From assembly GCA_050008515.1 (NCBI GenBank), contig JBEKMM010000009.1, positions 17,912-81,911 on the forward strand: a stretch of 64,000 nt of DNA, read 5' to 3'. The position numbers and the translations under genes are program-made. Of this stretch, positions 8,657-18,450 are shown in pieces; the stretch's first letter is position 1; each line of letters starts with the position of its first letter. The notes under the pieces are model-generated. The model saw only the letters and a list, made by a program, of their open reading frames with translations, ran no database searches and had not been told where the DNA came from. The DNA is from Candidatus Limnocylindrales bacterium. GTDB lineage: Bacteria > Chloroflexota > Limnocylindria > Limnocylindrales > CSP1-4.

Positions 8657-9223
8657 CTACCACGGGTTTGGGGCGCCGTCAGAATCGGAATTAGTCGGCC
8701 CTGAATCGCCGCGCCACTGGATGCCCGCCGCAATGGAGACGTGGGCCCGGGCATGGTTGACGACCAGCAGGTCCACGTGGTTGGGCGACTCGGCTACGCT
8801 GTAGGCCCAGTACTTGGCGTCCGTGACGGGGATGAAGCGATCCCCGAATGCCTCCAGTGCGATGCGCAGCTCGGCCTCGTAGGACAGGTGGATCGTGCCT
8901 TCGACCGTGAACGGCGGCAGCAGCAGCGTCGCCCTGACCGGCTGCTTGGGCATCCGCATGTTCGAAGCCGATTCGGTCGGTCCGCTCGAGTGCACGAACA
9001 GCACGTCGCTCAGCCGAACCTGCGCCGCGACCCCATTCGCCATCACGCGCCGAGAACCGAGCTCCATGAACGTGGCGTCCTGGAGGACCAGGTGCACCGC
9101 ATCCGGCTCGTTCACCAGGTCGGTGAGCCGGCGGACGCGCGTCAGGACCGTCCCCTGGACGACCAGCCGGTCGGTCACGAGAGTGAGCGGCAGCTCCTGC
9201 ACCGGACTGAACGATTCGAACAT
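8657..9223 (-). CDS. Hypothetical protein with two similar beta-rich halves (DUF6812-like)
   Basis: Related segments VQGTV..RLTDLVN and VEGTIH..LRIALE...FIPVTDA; TATTCT lies 6 nt before the ATG. Confidence 0.6.
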   Translation of the reverse strand: MFESFSPVQELPLTLVTDRLVVQGTVLTRVRRLTDLVNEPDAVHLVLQDATFMELGSRRVMANGVAAQVRLSDVLFVHSSGPTESASNMRMPKQPVRATLLLPPFTVEGTIHLSYEAELRIALEAFGDRFIPVTDAKYWAYSVAESPNHVDLLVVNHARAHVSIAAGIQWRGDSGPTNSDSDGAPNPW

Positions 9224-9323
9224 GGCGGCAGAATAGCGGCGCGCGTCATCCATTTGGATGGTCCATCCGTGGAGATCGAACAGGACGTTCGTTCATGCCG
9301 GCGCCCTGGGCGCCGGCGGCCCC

Positions 9324-11072
9324 TCAGCGATGCGCCGGTCTGCGAACCTCGGCAGTGACCAGGTATTCGGCGCCGGTCTGGAGCTCGCCGTGAAGCCGCT
9401 CGACCGTCTGGAGCGTGTCGATCTCGGCGGCGGTCTTGTCGAATCGGAGGCGGACGATCCGCGGAAAACGCAGCGCGAAGCCCGACTGGTGGCGCGTGGA
9501 GCGCTGGATGACGTCGAAGGCGATCTCGACCACGACCGTCGGCTCGACCAGGCGGAAGCGGCCGAGCTGGCGGAGGGTGTGGGCTTCGAACCAGCGCGTC
9601 ATCTCGGCGATCTCGGCGTCGGTCAGGCCCGTGTAGGCCTTGCCGATCGTGACGTGCCGGCCGCTGGCCTCGTCGCGGACGGCGAACGTGTAGTCCGACA
9701 GCACGCCGTGGCGCTTGCCGTGGCCAACCTCCGCCCCGACGACCACGCAATCCAGCGTTGCCAGCGCCCGCTTCATCTTGAGCCAGCCCAGGCCCCGCCG
9801 GCCCGGGGAGTACCCGCTCTGCGGGTCCTTCACCATCAGGCCTTCGTTGCGCCGCGCCCGCGCCTCGCCGAAGACGCGATCGAGCGCCTCGACGGAATCG
9901 GCCGTAACCAGGTGCGACAGCGCAAAGCGCCCGCCCTCCCCGACCCTCGGCAGGTCCAGGGTCTCGAGGCGGCGGCGGCGTTCCGCGAGCGGGACCTGGA
10001 GCAGCACCTCCGGGGCCGCCGAGGCGCCCGCTGCGGGCGCGACGCCGGCGGCACCGCCGGCCGACCGCGGCCCCACCGCCAGCACGTCGAAGGCGACGTA
10101 GATCGCCGGCACCTCCGCCTGGACCTGTGCCGTCGGGTCCTTCCGGCCCAGTCGCGCCTGCAGCGTCAGGAACGGGAGGACGTGCCCGTCGGCGTAGGCC
10201 AGGATCTCGCCGTCGAGAATCCCGTCCCAGGGCAGGCTTCTCGCCGCCTCGACGATCTCGGGGAACTGGTCGCTGACGTCGTGCAGGTCGCGCGAATAGA
10301 GGCGCGTCTCGCCGCCCCGCCTGTGGAGCTGGGCGCGGATGCCGTCGTACTTGTCCTCCACCCAGACCGTCGGTCCTAGACGCGACATGATCTCGGCCGC
10401 GTCCTCCGCCGGCGAGGCGAGCATGAACTTGATGGGGTGGAGCAGCCGCAGGCGCGCCTCGTCCAGGCGCCCCTCTTTGGCGAGGATCGCCGTCTCGCCC
10501 ACGTCTCCGGTGAGCATCCCCGCCAGCTGCACTGCGGCCTGCGGCCGCTCGAACGCCTCGGCGATGGCCGCTTCCAGCAGCCCCTCGCGCAGCCCGATCC
10601 GCAGCTCCCCGGTGAGCACCTTGACGACGTACTTGGCGGTCAGCGCGTCGCAGCGTTGGAGCAGCCCGCCGAAGAGCGCGCCCTTGGCCACGGCGCCGGC
10701 AGCGGCCTCGATCGCGGCGTAGGCCTCCGCCACTTCCACGATCCCCGGGGAGTGGCTCGGGTCGGGCTCTTCGGGCCGGTACGCCAGCAATTCGGCGACG
10801 GCTTTGCCCAGGTCCGAGGAGCGGTCGTATGCTTCGCCCAAGGCCCCGGCCGTGGTACCGGCCAGCTGCGTCACGGCCGCGGAGATAGCCGCCCAGCCGA
10901 GTCCGATGGCCCGCTGGTCCGATTCGGGGAATGGCCGCCCCGAGAGAAAGACGGCCGCCGGCCGAAGCTCGTCGCTCGTGAGCTGGGCCAGATACCGGGC
11001 CAGCAGCGCCGTCTTCTCGGAGGTGCGGGTAGTTCCGCCGACGCGCTCGGCCAACTCGCTCCAGCCACGCAT
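9324..11072 (-). CDS. ligB: ATP-dependent DNA ligase (LigB type)
   Basis: EDKYDGIRAQ (motif I), LDGEI, AFDVL, EGLMVK, WLKMK and ALRFPRI, plus an N-terminal DNA-binding domain (LRIGL). Confidence 0.93.
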   Translation of the reverse strand: MRGWSELAERVGGTTRTSEKTALLARYLAQLTSDELRPAAVFLSGRPFPESDQRAIGLGWAAISAAVTQLAGTTAGALGEAYDRSSDLGKAVAELLAYRPEEPDPSHSPGIVEVAEAYAAIEAAAGAVAKGALFGGLLQRCDALTAKYVVKVLTGELRIGLREGLLEAAIAEAFERPQAAVQLAGMLTGDVGETAILAKEGRLDEARLRLLHPIKFMLASPAEDAAEIMSRLGPTVWVEDKYDGIRAQLHRRGGETRLYSRDLHDVSDQFPEIVEAARSLPWDGILDGEILAYADGHVLPFLTLQARLGRKDPTAQVQAEVPAIYVAFDVLAVGPRSAGGAAGVAPAAGASAAPEVLLQVPLAERRRRLETLDLPRVGEGGRFALSHLVTADSVEALDRVFGEARARRNEGLMVKDPQSGYSPGRRGLGWLKMKRALATLDCVVVGAEVGHGKRHGVLSDYTFAVRDEASGRHVTIGKAYTGLTDAEIAEMTRWFEAHTLRQLGRFRLVEPTVVVEIAFDVIQRSTRHQSGFALRFPRIVRLRFDKTAAEIDTLQTVERLHGELQTGAEYLVTAEVRRPAHR

Positions 11073-11186
11073 GGCGGCGATGGTATACCTTCGCCTTGTG
11101 AAGCCTGCCCGACGCGATTGCCGCGACTCACTCTGGCGAACGGACCCCCGAATGCCCGGCCATCGCCCCGCCGGCGGCAGGCTCCG

Positions 11187-11768
11187 GTGACGCTTGTGCC
11201 GGAGCGCGAAGCCTGGCGACCCGAGGTGATCTCGGGCGAAAGCGTCGTCCTGCGCCGCCACCGCGGCGAGAACCTCAAGGCGTTCATGCGCTGGTATTCC
11301 GACCCCGAGGTCGCGCGCCTGACCCGCTATGTGCAGGGCCCGCTATCCGCGGACGAGATCCAGCGCTTCTTCCACGGTCGGATCATGGGCGCCGACTTCC
11401 TGGCGATGGCGATCCACGTCCGCGAAACCGATCGGCTGATCGGGACGTGCGCCTTCAGCCAGCTCGACGGCGACAACGGCTCCACGCTCTACCACATCAC
11501 CATCGGCGAGCGCGACGCCTGGGGGCACGGTTACGGCTCCGAGGCGACCGAGCTCATGGTCGCCCATGCATTCGCCCGGCTGGCTCTCCACCGCGTGGCG
11601 TTGACGGTCTTCGAGTTCAACGCCCGGGCGATCCGCGCCTACGAAAAATGCGGCTTCACGATCGAGGGTCGAGCGCGCGACGCGATCTTTCGGGACGGCC
11701 GCTTCTGGGACGAGATCCACATGAGCATCCTCGCTCCCGACTGGGAGGCGCGGCAGAAGCAGGGCTGA
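11187..11768 (+). CDS. GNAT N-acetyltransferase, RimJ/RimL family
   Basis: WGHGYGSEA, LHRVALTVFEFNARAIRAYEKCGF and EGRARD. Start estimated at GTG 11187. Confidence 0.85.
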   Translation: MTLVPEREAWRPEVISGESVVLRRHRGENLKAFMRWYSDPEVARLTRYVQGPLSADEIQRFFHGRIMGADFLAMAIHVRETDRLIGTCAFSQLDGDNGSTLYHITIGERDAWGHGYGSEATELMVAHAFARLALHRVALTVFEFNARAIRAYEKCGFTIEGRARDAIFRDGRFWDEIHMSILAPDWEARQKQG

Positions 11769-11805
11769 CCCCGGGTGGTTCGTGCGCAGCCCCGCGGCCG
11801 GCGGC

Positions 11806-12243
11806 CTACCGGGCCGCAGCGACCGCCTGCTTGGCCACGTAGGCGTCGATGATGCCCTGGAGCGTGGCGCCCCTGAGCTTCTCGAGAATCGCGCCCTCGG
11901 CCGCGAAGAAGACGTCGTGAACGCCGCACTCTCCGTCCTGGCCGCAGGCCGTTCCGCGCATGACGCAGATCTGCCGATGAGGATCGCCCTCCACCGCCTC
12001 GATGACGGTGAGCAGGGTCACCGTCGAGGCCGGCTTCGCGAGCTTGTAGCCGCCGGCGCGACCGGGATGGGCCTCGACGAGGCCCGCCCGCGTGAGGTCG
12101 CCCATGATCTGGGGCAGGAACCGCGGCGGGATCTTCATCTCCTCCGCGATCTTGCGGCTGCTCAGGAGACCGTCGCCTGCCTTGGTCAGCGCCAGCATGG
12201 CGCGGATGGCGTAGTCGCTGCGCTTGGTCAGATCTAGTCGCAT
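11806..12243 (-). CDS. Rrf2-family transcriptional regulator
   Basis: TKRSDYAIRAM, GRAGGYKLAKP and VIEAVEG, with three C-terminal Cys (C-x5-C-x5-C-x2-H). Confidence 0.9.
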   Translation of the reverse strand: MRLDLTKRSDYAIRAMLALTKAGDGLLSSRKIAEEMKIPPRFLPQIMGDLTRAGLVEAHPGRAGGYKLAKPASTVTLLTVIEAVEGDPHRQICVMRGTACGQDGECGVHDVFFAAEGAILEKLRGATLQGIIDAYVAKQAVAAAR

Positions 12244-12365
12244 AGTCAAACAGTATCGCGCCCGCCGCGTGAGGCAACCCCTGCCGTTGGTCCCGCCCTC
12301 GGGTGACACGCGGCCGAAAGTGCACCGATCTAGGTGGTAATTGGACCGCCTCCGCCCTCGACACG

Positions 12366-12395
12366 AAGGAGCGGCCGCCGTGGCGACCGCTCCTT
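12366..12395. terminator. Hairpin downstream of the SIMPL gene
   Basis: AAGGAGCGGCCGCC-GT-GGCGACCGCTCCTT. Confidence 0.5.
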
Positions 12396-12442
12396 GCGCT
12401 GAGTCTCCGAGCGGCGCCGGGCCGCTCAGCCTGTTCGAGAGA

Positions 12443-13270
12443 TCAGCCGATCAGGTAGCTGACCGTGACCTGGACCGTGATGTCGGTGGTGCCGGTCTGG
12501 ATCGGCGTGGAGACGGCGTCCTTGGACACGCCGGCGGCGGCGTAGCTCGGGTAGTAGTTGATCGGCGAGCTGGCACTCGTCTCGTTGATGGTGGCCACGC
12601 CTTTGATGGAGACGCCGGCCGCCTGGGCCAGCGCGTCGGCCCGGGAGCGCGCGTCGGCCATGGCCAGCTGGCGGGCCTGGGTCTCGACCGACTTGGGGTT
12701 GTCCAGCCGGAACGAGATGCCCTGGATGATCGTGGCCCCGGCGGTGCTCGAGTCGTCGATCACGTCGGCAACCTTGGTCAGGTCGCGGACGGTGACCTTG
12801 AGGCTGTTGCTGAACTGGTAGCCGGTCAGCCGCGGAGCGGAGGAGGTGTAGTCGTAGACCGGGCTCAGGCTGACGTTGGTGGTCACGATGTCCTTGTCGG
12901 CGATCCCGACCTTCTTCACGGCGGCGATGATCGCCGTCATGGAGGTCGCCGCGCCGGCGCGGGCATCCTTCACCGTCGGCTTGGTCACGCTGACGCCGAT
13001 CATGACGTCGGCCGTGTCGGGCGCGACGCTGACCTCCCCGACACCCGAAACGGTGACCGTGTGCTCGGGAGTCACGGAGGTATCGGCGCCCTGGGCGTGG
13101 TTGTTGGCGATGATCGGCCCGACGATGATGCCGACCATCAGGCTGAAGGCCGCGGTCACGGCCACGATGCGGCCCAGCGTCAGGGGGCTCCGCCGGATCG
13201 AACCTTCGGCGACGGCGGCCCCGGCCGGCGCGCTCGGCTCGTGCTTGGCGTTGGTGATCTTGTCGTTCAT
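12443..13270 (-). CDS. SIMPL (DUF541/YggE-like) exported protein
   Basis: N-terminal TM segment, VTVSGVGEVSVAPDTA, GYQFSNSLKVTVRD and AMADARSRA. Confidence 0.9.
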   Translation of the reverse strand: MNDKITNAKHEPSAPAGAAVAEGSIRRSPLTLGRIVAVTAAFSLMVGIIVGPIIANNHAQGADTSVTPEHTVTVSGVGEVSVAPDTADVMIGVSVTKPTVKDARAGAATSMTAIIAAVKKVGIADKDIVTTNVSLSPVYDYTSSAPRLTGYQFSNSLKVTVRDLTKVADVIDDSSTAGATIIQGISFRLDNPKSVETQARQLAMADARSRADALAQAAGVSIKGVATINETSASSPINYYPSYAAAGVSKDAVSTPIQTGTTDITVQVTVSYLIG

Positions 13271-13428
13271 CGTCTTCTCCTGGCTCGCGCCGGTCCTTCG
13301 GTGGCCGGCTCTGCGGTCGTATTGGCTTCGTCCCTCGTGGGCGGCTCACCCGTAGTGACGCCGTTGGCACGCCGCCGGTTCCCGCCCTGCCCGCGCCCCG
13401 CGCCGCGCGCACCGCTACGATTGGCCGC

Positions 13429-13989
13429 GTGAGCTCGCACGAAGCCAACCCCTGGCGCCGGGTTTCTCGGCACGTCGCTTACGAGAACCCCTGGATCGAG
13501 ATCCTCCACGACAACGTGGTGCGGCCGGACGGGAAGCCGGGCATCTACGGCGTCGTCCATTTCCGGCACCTGGCGATCGGCGTCGTTCCATTCGACACCG
13601 AGACCGACCGCGTCCTTCTGGTGGGCCAGTTCCGCTACACCATGGACCGCTACTCATGGGAGATCCCCGAGGGCGGCGGCGCACTGGACGAGGATCCGGA
13701 GGCGGCGGCCAGGCGCGAGCTGGCCGAGGAAACGGGCTACGTCGGCGGGGAGTGGCGGGAGCTGTGCCGGGCCGAGCTGTCCAACTCGGTCACGGACGAG
13801 GTGACGATGCTGTTCGTCGCCACCGGCCTCGAGGCCGGCCCCGCCTCGCCGGAGGGAACCGAGCAGCTCCAGCTGCGTTGGGTACCCTTCGACGAAGTCA
13901 TGACCAGGATCGCCCGCGGCGAGATCGCCGACGCGATGACGATCCTGGCGATGCAGCAGCTGGCCCTGGAGCGGGCGACCGGGCGCTGA
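13429..13989 (+). CDS. NUDIX hydrolase (ADP-ribose pyrophosphatase-like)
   Basis: Nudix box WEIPEGG...AARRELAEETG and QFRY. Confidence 0.92.
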   Translation: MSSHEANPWRRVSRHVAYENPWIEILHDNVVRPDGKPGIYGVVHFRHLAIGVVPFDTETDRVLLVGQFRYTMDRYSWEIPEGGGALDEDPEAAARRELAEETGYVGGEWRELCRAELSNSVTDEVTMLFVATGLEAGPASPEGTEQLQLRWVPFDEVMTRIARGEIADAMTILAMQQLALERATGR

Positions 13990-14171
13990 GTCGAAGCCGG
14001 TCCGCCTCGGCCGGTAGCTCCGCCGAAACGGCCGGCCCGCCAGGCGACATTCGCAGCCATTCCGGCGCGCCCGATGTATGATCCCCTGGCATTCAGGGTG
14101 CATAGGGTTTATGCGTTGAGCCGCCGCGGCCGACTCCCCCGGCAGAGGCGGCGAGAGACCGGAGGCGCGTC

Positions 14172-15881
14172 ATGGGCGGTCCCGAGGCGAGGGGCACCAA
14201 AGCAGTCGCAGCAGGCCGCGCCGCCGCCGCAAGTGAACCCGCCCACGCCACTCCCCACGAGCTTGCCGCGCGCGACGACACGCCATTCGTCAACCTGCGC
14301 GACCCCGCTCGCGCCCTCGGCCCCGACGGCAAGCCTGCCGTAAGCCGCCGCGCCCCGATCTGGGCCGACGTGCCCGACGAGCGCTGGAACGACTGGCGCT
14401 GGCAACTGTCCAACCGCGTCAACACCCTGGAAGAGGTCGGGCGCGTCCTGAACCTGACCGAAGACGAGCGCGCCGGCCTCTCCTCGCCGGACAAGTTCCG
14501 GGTCGACGTCACGCCCTACTTCCTGAGCCTGATCGACCCCGACGATCCCAACGACCCGATCCGCCGGCAGGTCATCCCGACCGACTGCGAGCACGAGGCC
14601 TTCACGTCGATGATGGAGGACTCGCTGGCCGAGGATCGCCACTCCCCGGTTCCAGGGCTCGTCCACCGCTACCCGGACAGGGTCCTGATGCTGGTCACGA
14701 CCCAGTGCGCGAGCTACTGCCGCTACTGCACGCGGTCGCGCATCGTCGGCGACGCGACGCAGAACTTCAATCGCCACGATATCGAGGCCCAGCTGGACTA
14801 CCTGCGCCGCACCCCGCAGGTCCGTGACGTGCTCATCTCCGGCGGCGACGGCCTGACCCTAGCGCCCAAGCTGCTCGAGTCGATCCTCCGCGGCCTGCGC
14901 GAGATCCCTCACATCGAGATCGTCCGAATCGGCTCGCGCGTGCCCGTCTTCCTGCCCCAGCGCATCGACGACGAGCTGTGCGAGATGCTGGCGAGATATC
15001 ACCCGCTGTGGATGAACCTCCACTTCAATCATCCGAACGAGTTGACGCCCGAGGTCGCGCGCGCCTGCGACAAGCTGACTCGAGTGGGCATTCCGCTCGG
15101 CAACCAGTCGGTCCTGCTCGCCGGCGTCAACGACTGCCTGCACATCCAGCGGGCCCTCGTCCACAAGCTCGTCGAGAACCGGATCCGGCCGTATTACCTG
15201 TACCAGTGCGACCTGGTCGAGGGCTCCGGCCACTTCCGGACGCCGGTCGGCAAGGGGATCGAGATCATGGAGGGCCTGCGCGGCCACACGTCGGGCTACG
15301 CGGTCCCGACGTACATGATCGACGCCCCCGGCGGCGGCGGGAAGATCCCGGTCATGCCGAACTACCTGATCAGCTACTCGGACCACAAGGTCGTCCTGCG
15401 CAACTACGAGGGCTACATCACGACCTACGAGGAGCCGGAGCACTACCAGCCGCACGACAAGGCGAGCTGCAAGTACTGCCAGCACCCGCGCTCCGAGCCG
15501 GGCCAGGTCGGCGTCGCGGGGCTGCTTGAGGGCGAGCGGATGTGGATCGAGCCGGCCGGCTTCGAGCAGACGCACCGCCGCGGCAACGAGTCCGCGCACC
15601 GGCTGCAGGATCCGAGCAAGTGGGTGCCCTACGGGGTCGGACCGATCGAGGGAAAGGCCGGCCAGCCTCTGCCCAGGCTGGAGGCAGGCTCGGACGTCCA
15701 GGCGCCGGGGGACGCGGTGGCCGGGGGCCCGAATGGCTCCGCAGTGCCGGAGACCTCCGAACCCGCCGCGACGGCCGGCGGCGCGGCCGCCCGCGAGCCC
15801 GGGCTCGAATACCCACCCGGCGAGGAGCCCCGCCCGCGCGAGGGCGAGCCGACGGGCTGGTCCCACGGGGAGCTGCTCTAG
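14172..15881 (+). CDS. kamA: Lysine 2,3-aminomutase (KamA radical SAM)
   Basis: WNDWRWQL, HRYPDRVL, CASYCRYCTR, NQSVLLAGVND, DAPGGGGKIP (PLP Lys) and LRNYEG; GGAGG RBS. Confidence 0.93.
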   Translation: MGGPEARGTKAVAAGRAAAASEPAHATPHELAARDDTPFVNLRDPARALGPDGKPAVSRRAPIWADVPDERWNDWRWQLSNRVNTLEEVGRVLNLTEDERAGLSSPDKFRVDVTPYFLSLIDPDDPNDPIRRQVIPTDCEHEAFTSMMEDSLAEDRHSPVPGLVHRYPDRVLMLVTTQCASYCRYCTRSRIVGDATQNFNRHDIEAQLDYLRRTPQVRDVLISGGDGLTLAPKLLESILRGLREIPHIEIVRIGSRVPVFLPQRIDDELCEMLARYHPLWMNLHFNHPNELTPEVARACDKLTRVGIPLGNQSVLLAGVNDCLHIQRALVHKLVENRIRPYYLYQCDLVEGSGHFRTPVGKGIEIMEGLRGHTSGYAVPTYMIDAPGGGGKIPVMPNYLISYSDHKVVLRNYEGYITTYEEPEHYQPHDKASCKYCQHPRSEPGQVGVAGLLEGERMWIEPAGFEQTHRRGNESAHRLQDPSKWVPYGVGPIEGKAGQPLPRLEAGSDVQAPGDAVAGGPNGSAVPETSEPAATAGGAAAREPGLEYPPGEEPRPREGEPTGWSHGELL

Positions 15882-16030
15882 GCCCCACGCCGTAGCGCTC
15901 CACCGGTCAAACGACGACCCGGGGGACGCACCCGACCGGAATCGAGCGGGACCTCGATCCGTCGCAAGGCGCATTCGCCATCGTGCGCTGGGCTGATGCA
16001 ACGGCCGCCGTCGAAGCGTACCTTGCGACC

Positions 16031-17488
16031 ATGCAACAAGCGATCGCCATTCCGAGGCGCCACTTGGGGCGGCTCCGGTGGAACCAGGACTACGTGGACG
16101 TGGCTATGGCCCTCGCCCTGACGGGCCTGGCGCTTTCCACTGCCGTGCGCGATCACTACCGTCTCGATGCCGTCAGCATTTCGCTCCTGATCCTCCAGAC
16201 CCTGCCGATCGCCCTGCGGCGCCGCAACCCGATGAGGATCCTCGTCATCACGGGGTCGGCGATCACCCTGTACAGCCTGCTCGGCTACCTTGGCCCGAAT
16301 GGCTTAGGGGACTCGAATGGGGCTCTCGGCGTCGTCGTGGCCTTCTACACCGTGGCCGCCCACGAGCCCAGGCGTCGGGCGACGATCGCGGCCGCAGTGA
16401 CGGCAGGAGGCGTCCTGGTCAGCTTCGCAGCCTATGCCGCATTCGATTCTATTTCCGGCTGGACAGCGAACTTGAGCGTTACGTACCTCTCATTCGGCCT
16501 GGCCTGGGTCATCGGCGACAACCTTCGAGTCCGGCGCGCCTACACGGCCCAGCTCGAGGAGCGGGCAGTCCAGCTGGAGCACGAGCGCGAGGAGAAGGCG
16601 GTCCAGGCCGTCGCCCTGGAGCGCGCCCGCATCGCCCGCGAGCTGCACGACGTCGTCGCCCACCACGTCAGCGTCATGGTCGTCCAGGCCGCCGGCGCCC
16701 GCCGTGTCATCGAGAAGGACCCGGCCCTGGCCCGCGACGCCCTCGAAGCCGTCGAGGCGGCAGGCCGGACCGCCCTGGCGGAGATGCGGCGCATGCTCGA
16801 GGTCCTTCGCGCGGACGAAGCCGGCGTGGGCCCGCAACCGGGACTTGCCGAGCTTGATCGTTTGGTCGCCCAGGTGAGGGAGGCCGGGCTACCGGTCGAG
16901 CTCACGATCGAAGGAACGGACCGGGAGCTGCCCGCGGGCATGGACCTGGCCGCCTACCGGATCGTCCAGGAAGCCCTCACGAACACGGTCAAGCACGCCG
17001 GCAGAGCCACGGCCAGAGTGAAGGTTGGCTACGAGCGCGACGCTCTCGACATCGAAGTCACCGACGACGGTCGGGGAGCGGCGGCGCCCCTGCTGACGGG
17101 AGCGGTCGAAGGCGGCCACGGCCTGATCGGCATGCACGAGCGAGTCGCGCTGTACGACGGGGTACTGGAAACCGGGCCCGTCTTCCCCGGCGGATATCGC
17201 GTCCACGCCCACTTCCCGCTGGAGCCGGCGCCGCGGGGCAGCCTCGCCACCTGCTGCGACGAGGACTCGGCGCTGTCCGAAGTCGCGGCTGCCGCGGTAC
17301 GCGCCCGACGCGATCGGATCGGGCCATCGGGACACGCCAAGGAGCCCGAGCCGCTCGTCAAGCCGCGGGTCGTGCCGCCGCTGATCGGGCGAGTGGTTCC
17401 GCCCCATCCGACGCCGCGACCGGCTCATCGACACACCGCGTCCACCAGCCGATCGAACCCATCGAAGACGAGGAGAAGCGAGCCGTGA
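16031..17488 (+). CDS. Membrane sensor histidine kinase (HisKA_3)
   Basis: N-terminal TM bundle, ERARIARELHDVVAH, YRIVQEALTN, DDGRG and GHGLIGM. Confidence 0.93.
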   Translation: MQQAIAIPRRHLGRLRWNQDYVDVAMALALTGLALSTAVRDHYRLDAVSISLLILQTLPIALRRRNPMRILVITGSAITLYSLLGYLGPNGLGDSNGALGVVVAFYTVAAHEPRRRATIAAAVTAGGVLVSFAAYAAFDSISGWTANLSVTYLSFGLAWVIGDNLRVRRAYTAQLEERAVQLEHEREEKAVQAVALERARIARELHDVVAHHVSVMVVQAAGARRVIEKDPALARDALEAVEAAGRTALAEMRRMLEVLRADEAGVGPQPGLAELDRLVAQVREAGLPVELTIEGTDRELPAGMDLAAYRIVQEALTNTVKHAGRATARVKVGYERDALDIEVTDDGRGAAAPLLTGAVEGGHGLIGMHERVALYDGVLETGPVFPGGYRVHAHFPLEPAPRGSLATCCDEDSALSEVAAAAVRARRDRIGPSGHAKEPEPLVKPRVVPPLIGRVVPPHPTPRPAHRHTASTSRSNPSKTRRSEP

Positions 17489-18141
17489 CGATCCGGGTTC
17501 TGCTGGTCGACGACCAGCCGCTGCTGCGGACCGGGTTCCGGATGATCCTGTCGGCCGAGCCGGACCTCACGATCGTGGGCGAGGCCGGCGACGGCGCGGC
17601 GGGCGTCGAGGCGGCCCGAAAGCTCAATCCGGACGTCGTGCTGATGGATATCCGCATGCCCGGCATGGACGGCATCGCGGCCACTCGCGTGCTGGCCGGG
17701 CCCGGGGTCGAGAACCCCGCGAAGGTGCTGATCCTGACGACCTTCGGCCTGGACGAGTACGTGGTGGAGGCGCTCAGGGCGGGCGCCAGCGGCTTCCTTC
17801 TCAAGGACGCGCCGCCCGAGGATCTCGTCGACGCGATCCGGATCGTGGCCGCGGGCGAAGCCCTCCTCGCTCCGTCGGTCACGCGTCGACTGCTGGACCG
17901 CGTCGCCAGCCGCCTCCCACCCGCGACCGACAACGCCATTCCGGCCCTCTCCGAGCTGACCGACCGTGAGATGGAAGTGCTCAAGCTCGTTGCCCGCGGC
18001 CTCTCCAACGCGGAGATCGCGGAGAAGCTGGTCGTCTCGGAGACGACGGTCAAGACGCACGTCTCTCGGGTCCTGGCCAAGCTCGAGATCCGCGACCGGG
18101 TCCAGGCGGTGATCCTCGCCTACGAGACCGGCCTGGTCTGA
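17485..18141 (+). CDS. NarL/LuxR-family response regulator
   Basis: LLVDDQ, VVLMDIRMP and LTDREMEVL...TVKTHV; GTGA overlap with the kinase. Confidence 0.95.
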   Translation: MTIRVLLVDDQPLLRTGFRMILSAEPDLTIVGEAGDGAAGVEAARKLNPDVVLMDIRMPGMDGIAATRVLAGPGVENPAKVLILTTFGLDEYVVEALRAGASGFLLKDAPPEDLVDAIRIVAAGEALLAPSVTRRLLDRVASRLPPATDNAIPALSELTDREMEVLKLVARGLSNAEIAEKLVVSETTVKTHVSRVLAKLEIRDRVQAVILAYETGLV

Positions 18142-18165
18142 GCTTCCCGCCGGTGCGAAGGCGCC

Positions 18166-18212
18166 GAGGGGCCTGCCGGCCGAGGGCATTGAGGGGCCTG
18201 CCGGCCGAGGGC
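18166..18212. repeat. 22-bp direct repeat, two copies
   Basis: GAGGGGCCTGCCGGCCGAGGGC at 18166-18187 and 18191-18212. Confidence 0.7.
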
Positions 18213-18267
18213 GCCGGCTCCGAAGCGACGCCCGCCGAGCCACCCGCTCATCCGCTCGTACCACTCC

Positions 18268-18309
18268 GTCATCCGCAGGGATGACCCGTAGTTCACCCGC
18301 CTGAACTAC
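18268..18309 (+). promoter_or_regulatory. Two adjacent palindromes, candidate response-regulator boxes upstream of the ABC operon
   Basis: GTCATCC-GCAG-GGATGAC (18268-18285) and GTAGTTCA-N6-TGAACTAC (18288-18309); a TAGCTT -10-like hexamer at 18355-18360. Confidence 0.55.
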
Positions 18310-18450
18310 CGCCGTTTCGGCATGTCGGACGACGGCGTGGAACGGCGCCGCCCGTAGCTTTCACTACGACGAGGTAGACGCAAGCGCGGCGTCCTCGAAC
18401 ACCGAAGCCAAACAACTCAACTGAGACCCAACACCAGAGGAGAACCCCAA

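Noticed and set aside
6052-8754. 900-aa minus-strand ORF and many other long overlapping ORFs (e.g. 2129-4066, 31643-33616, 24061-25878, 33937-35754)
   Set aside because: These are Arg/Gly/Pro-rich shadow frames over well-supported genes, expected at this GC content, with no family motifs.
9324-11072. DNA ligase as part of an NHEJ or mobile module
   Set aside because: It is an ordinary LigB architecture with no Ku, polymerase domain or mobile genes adjacent.
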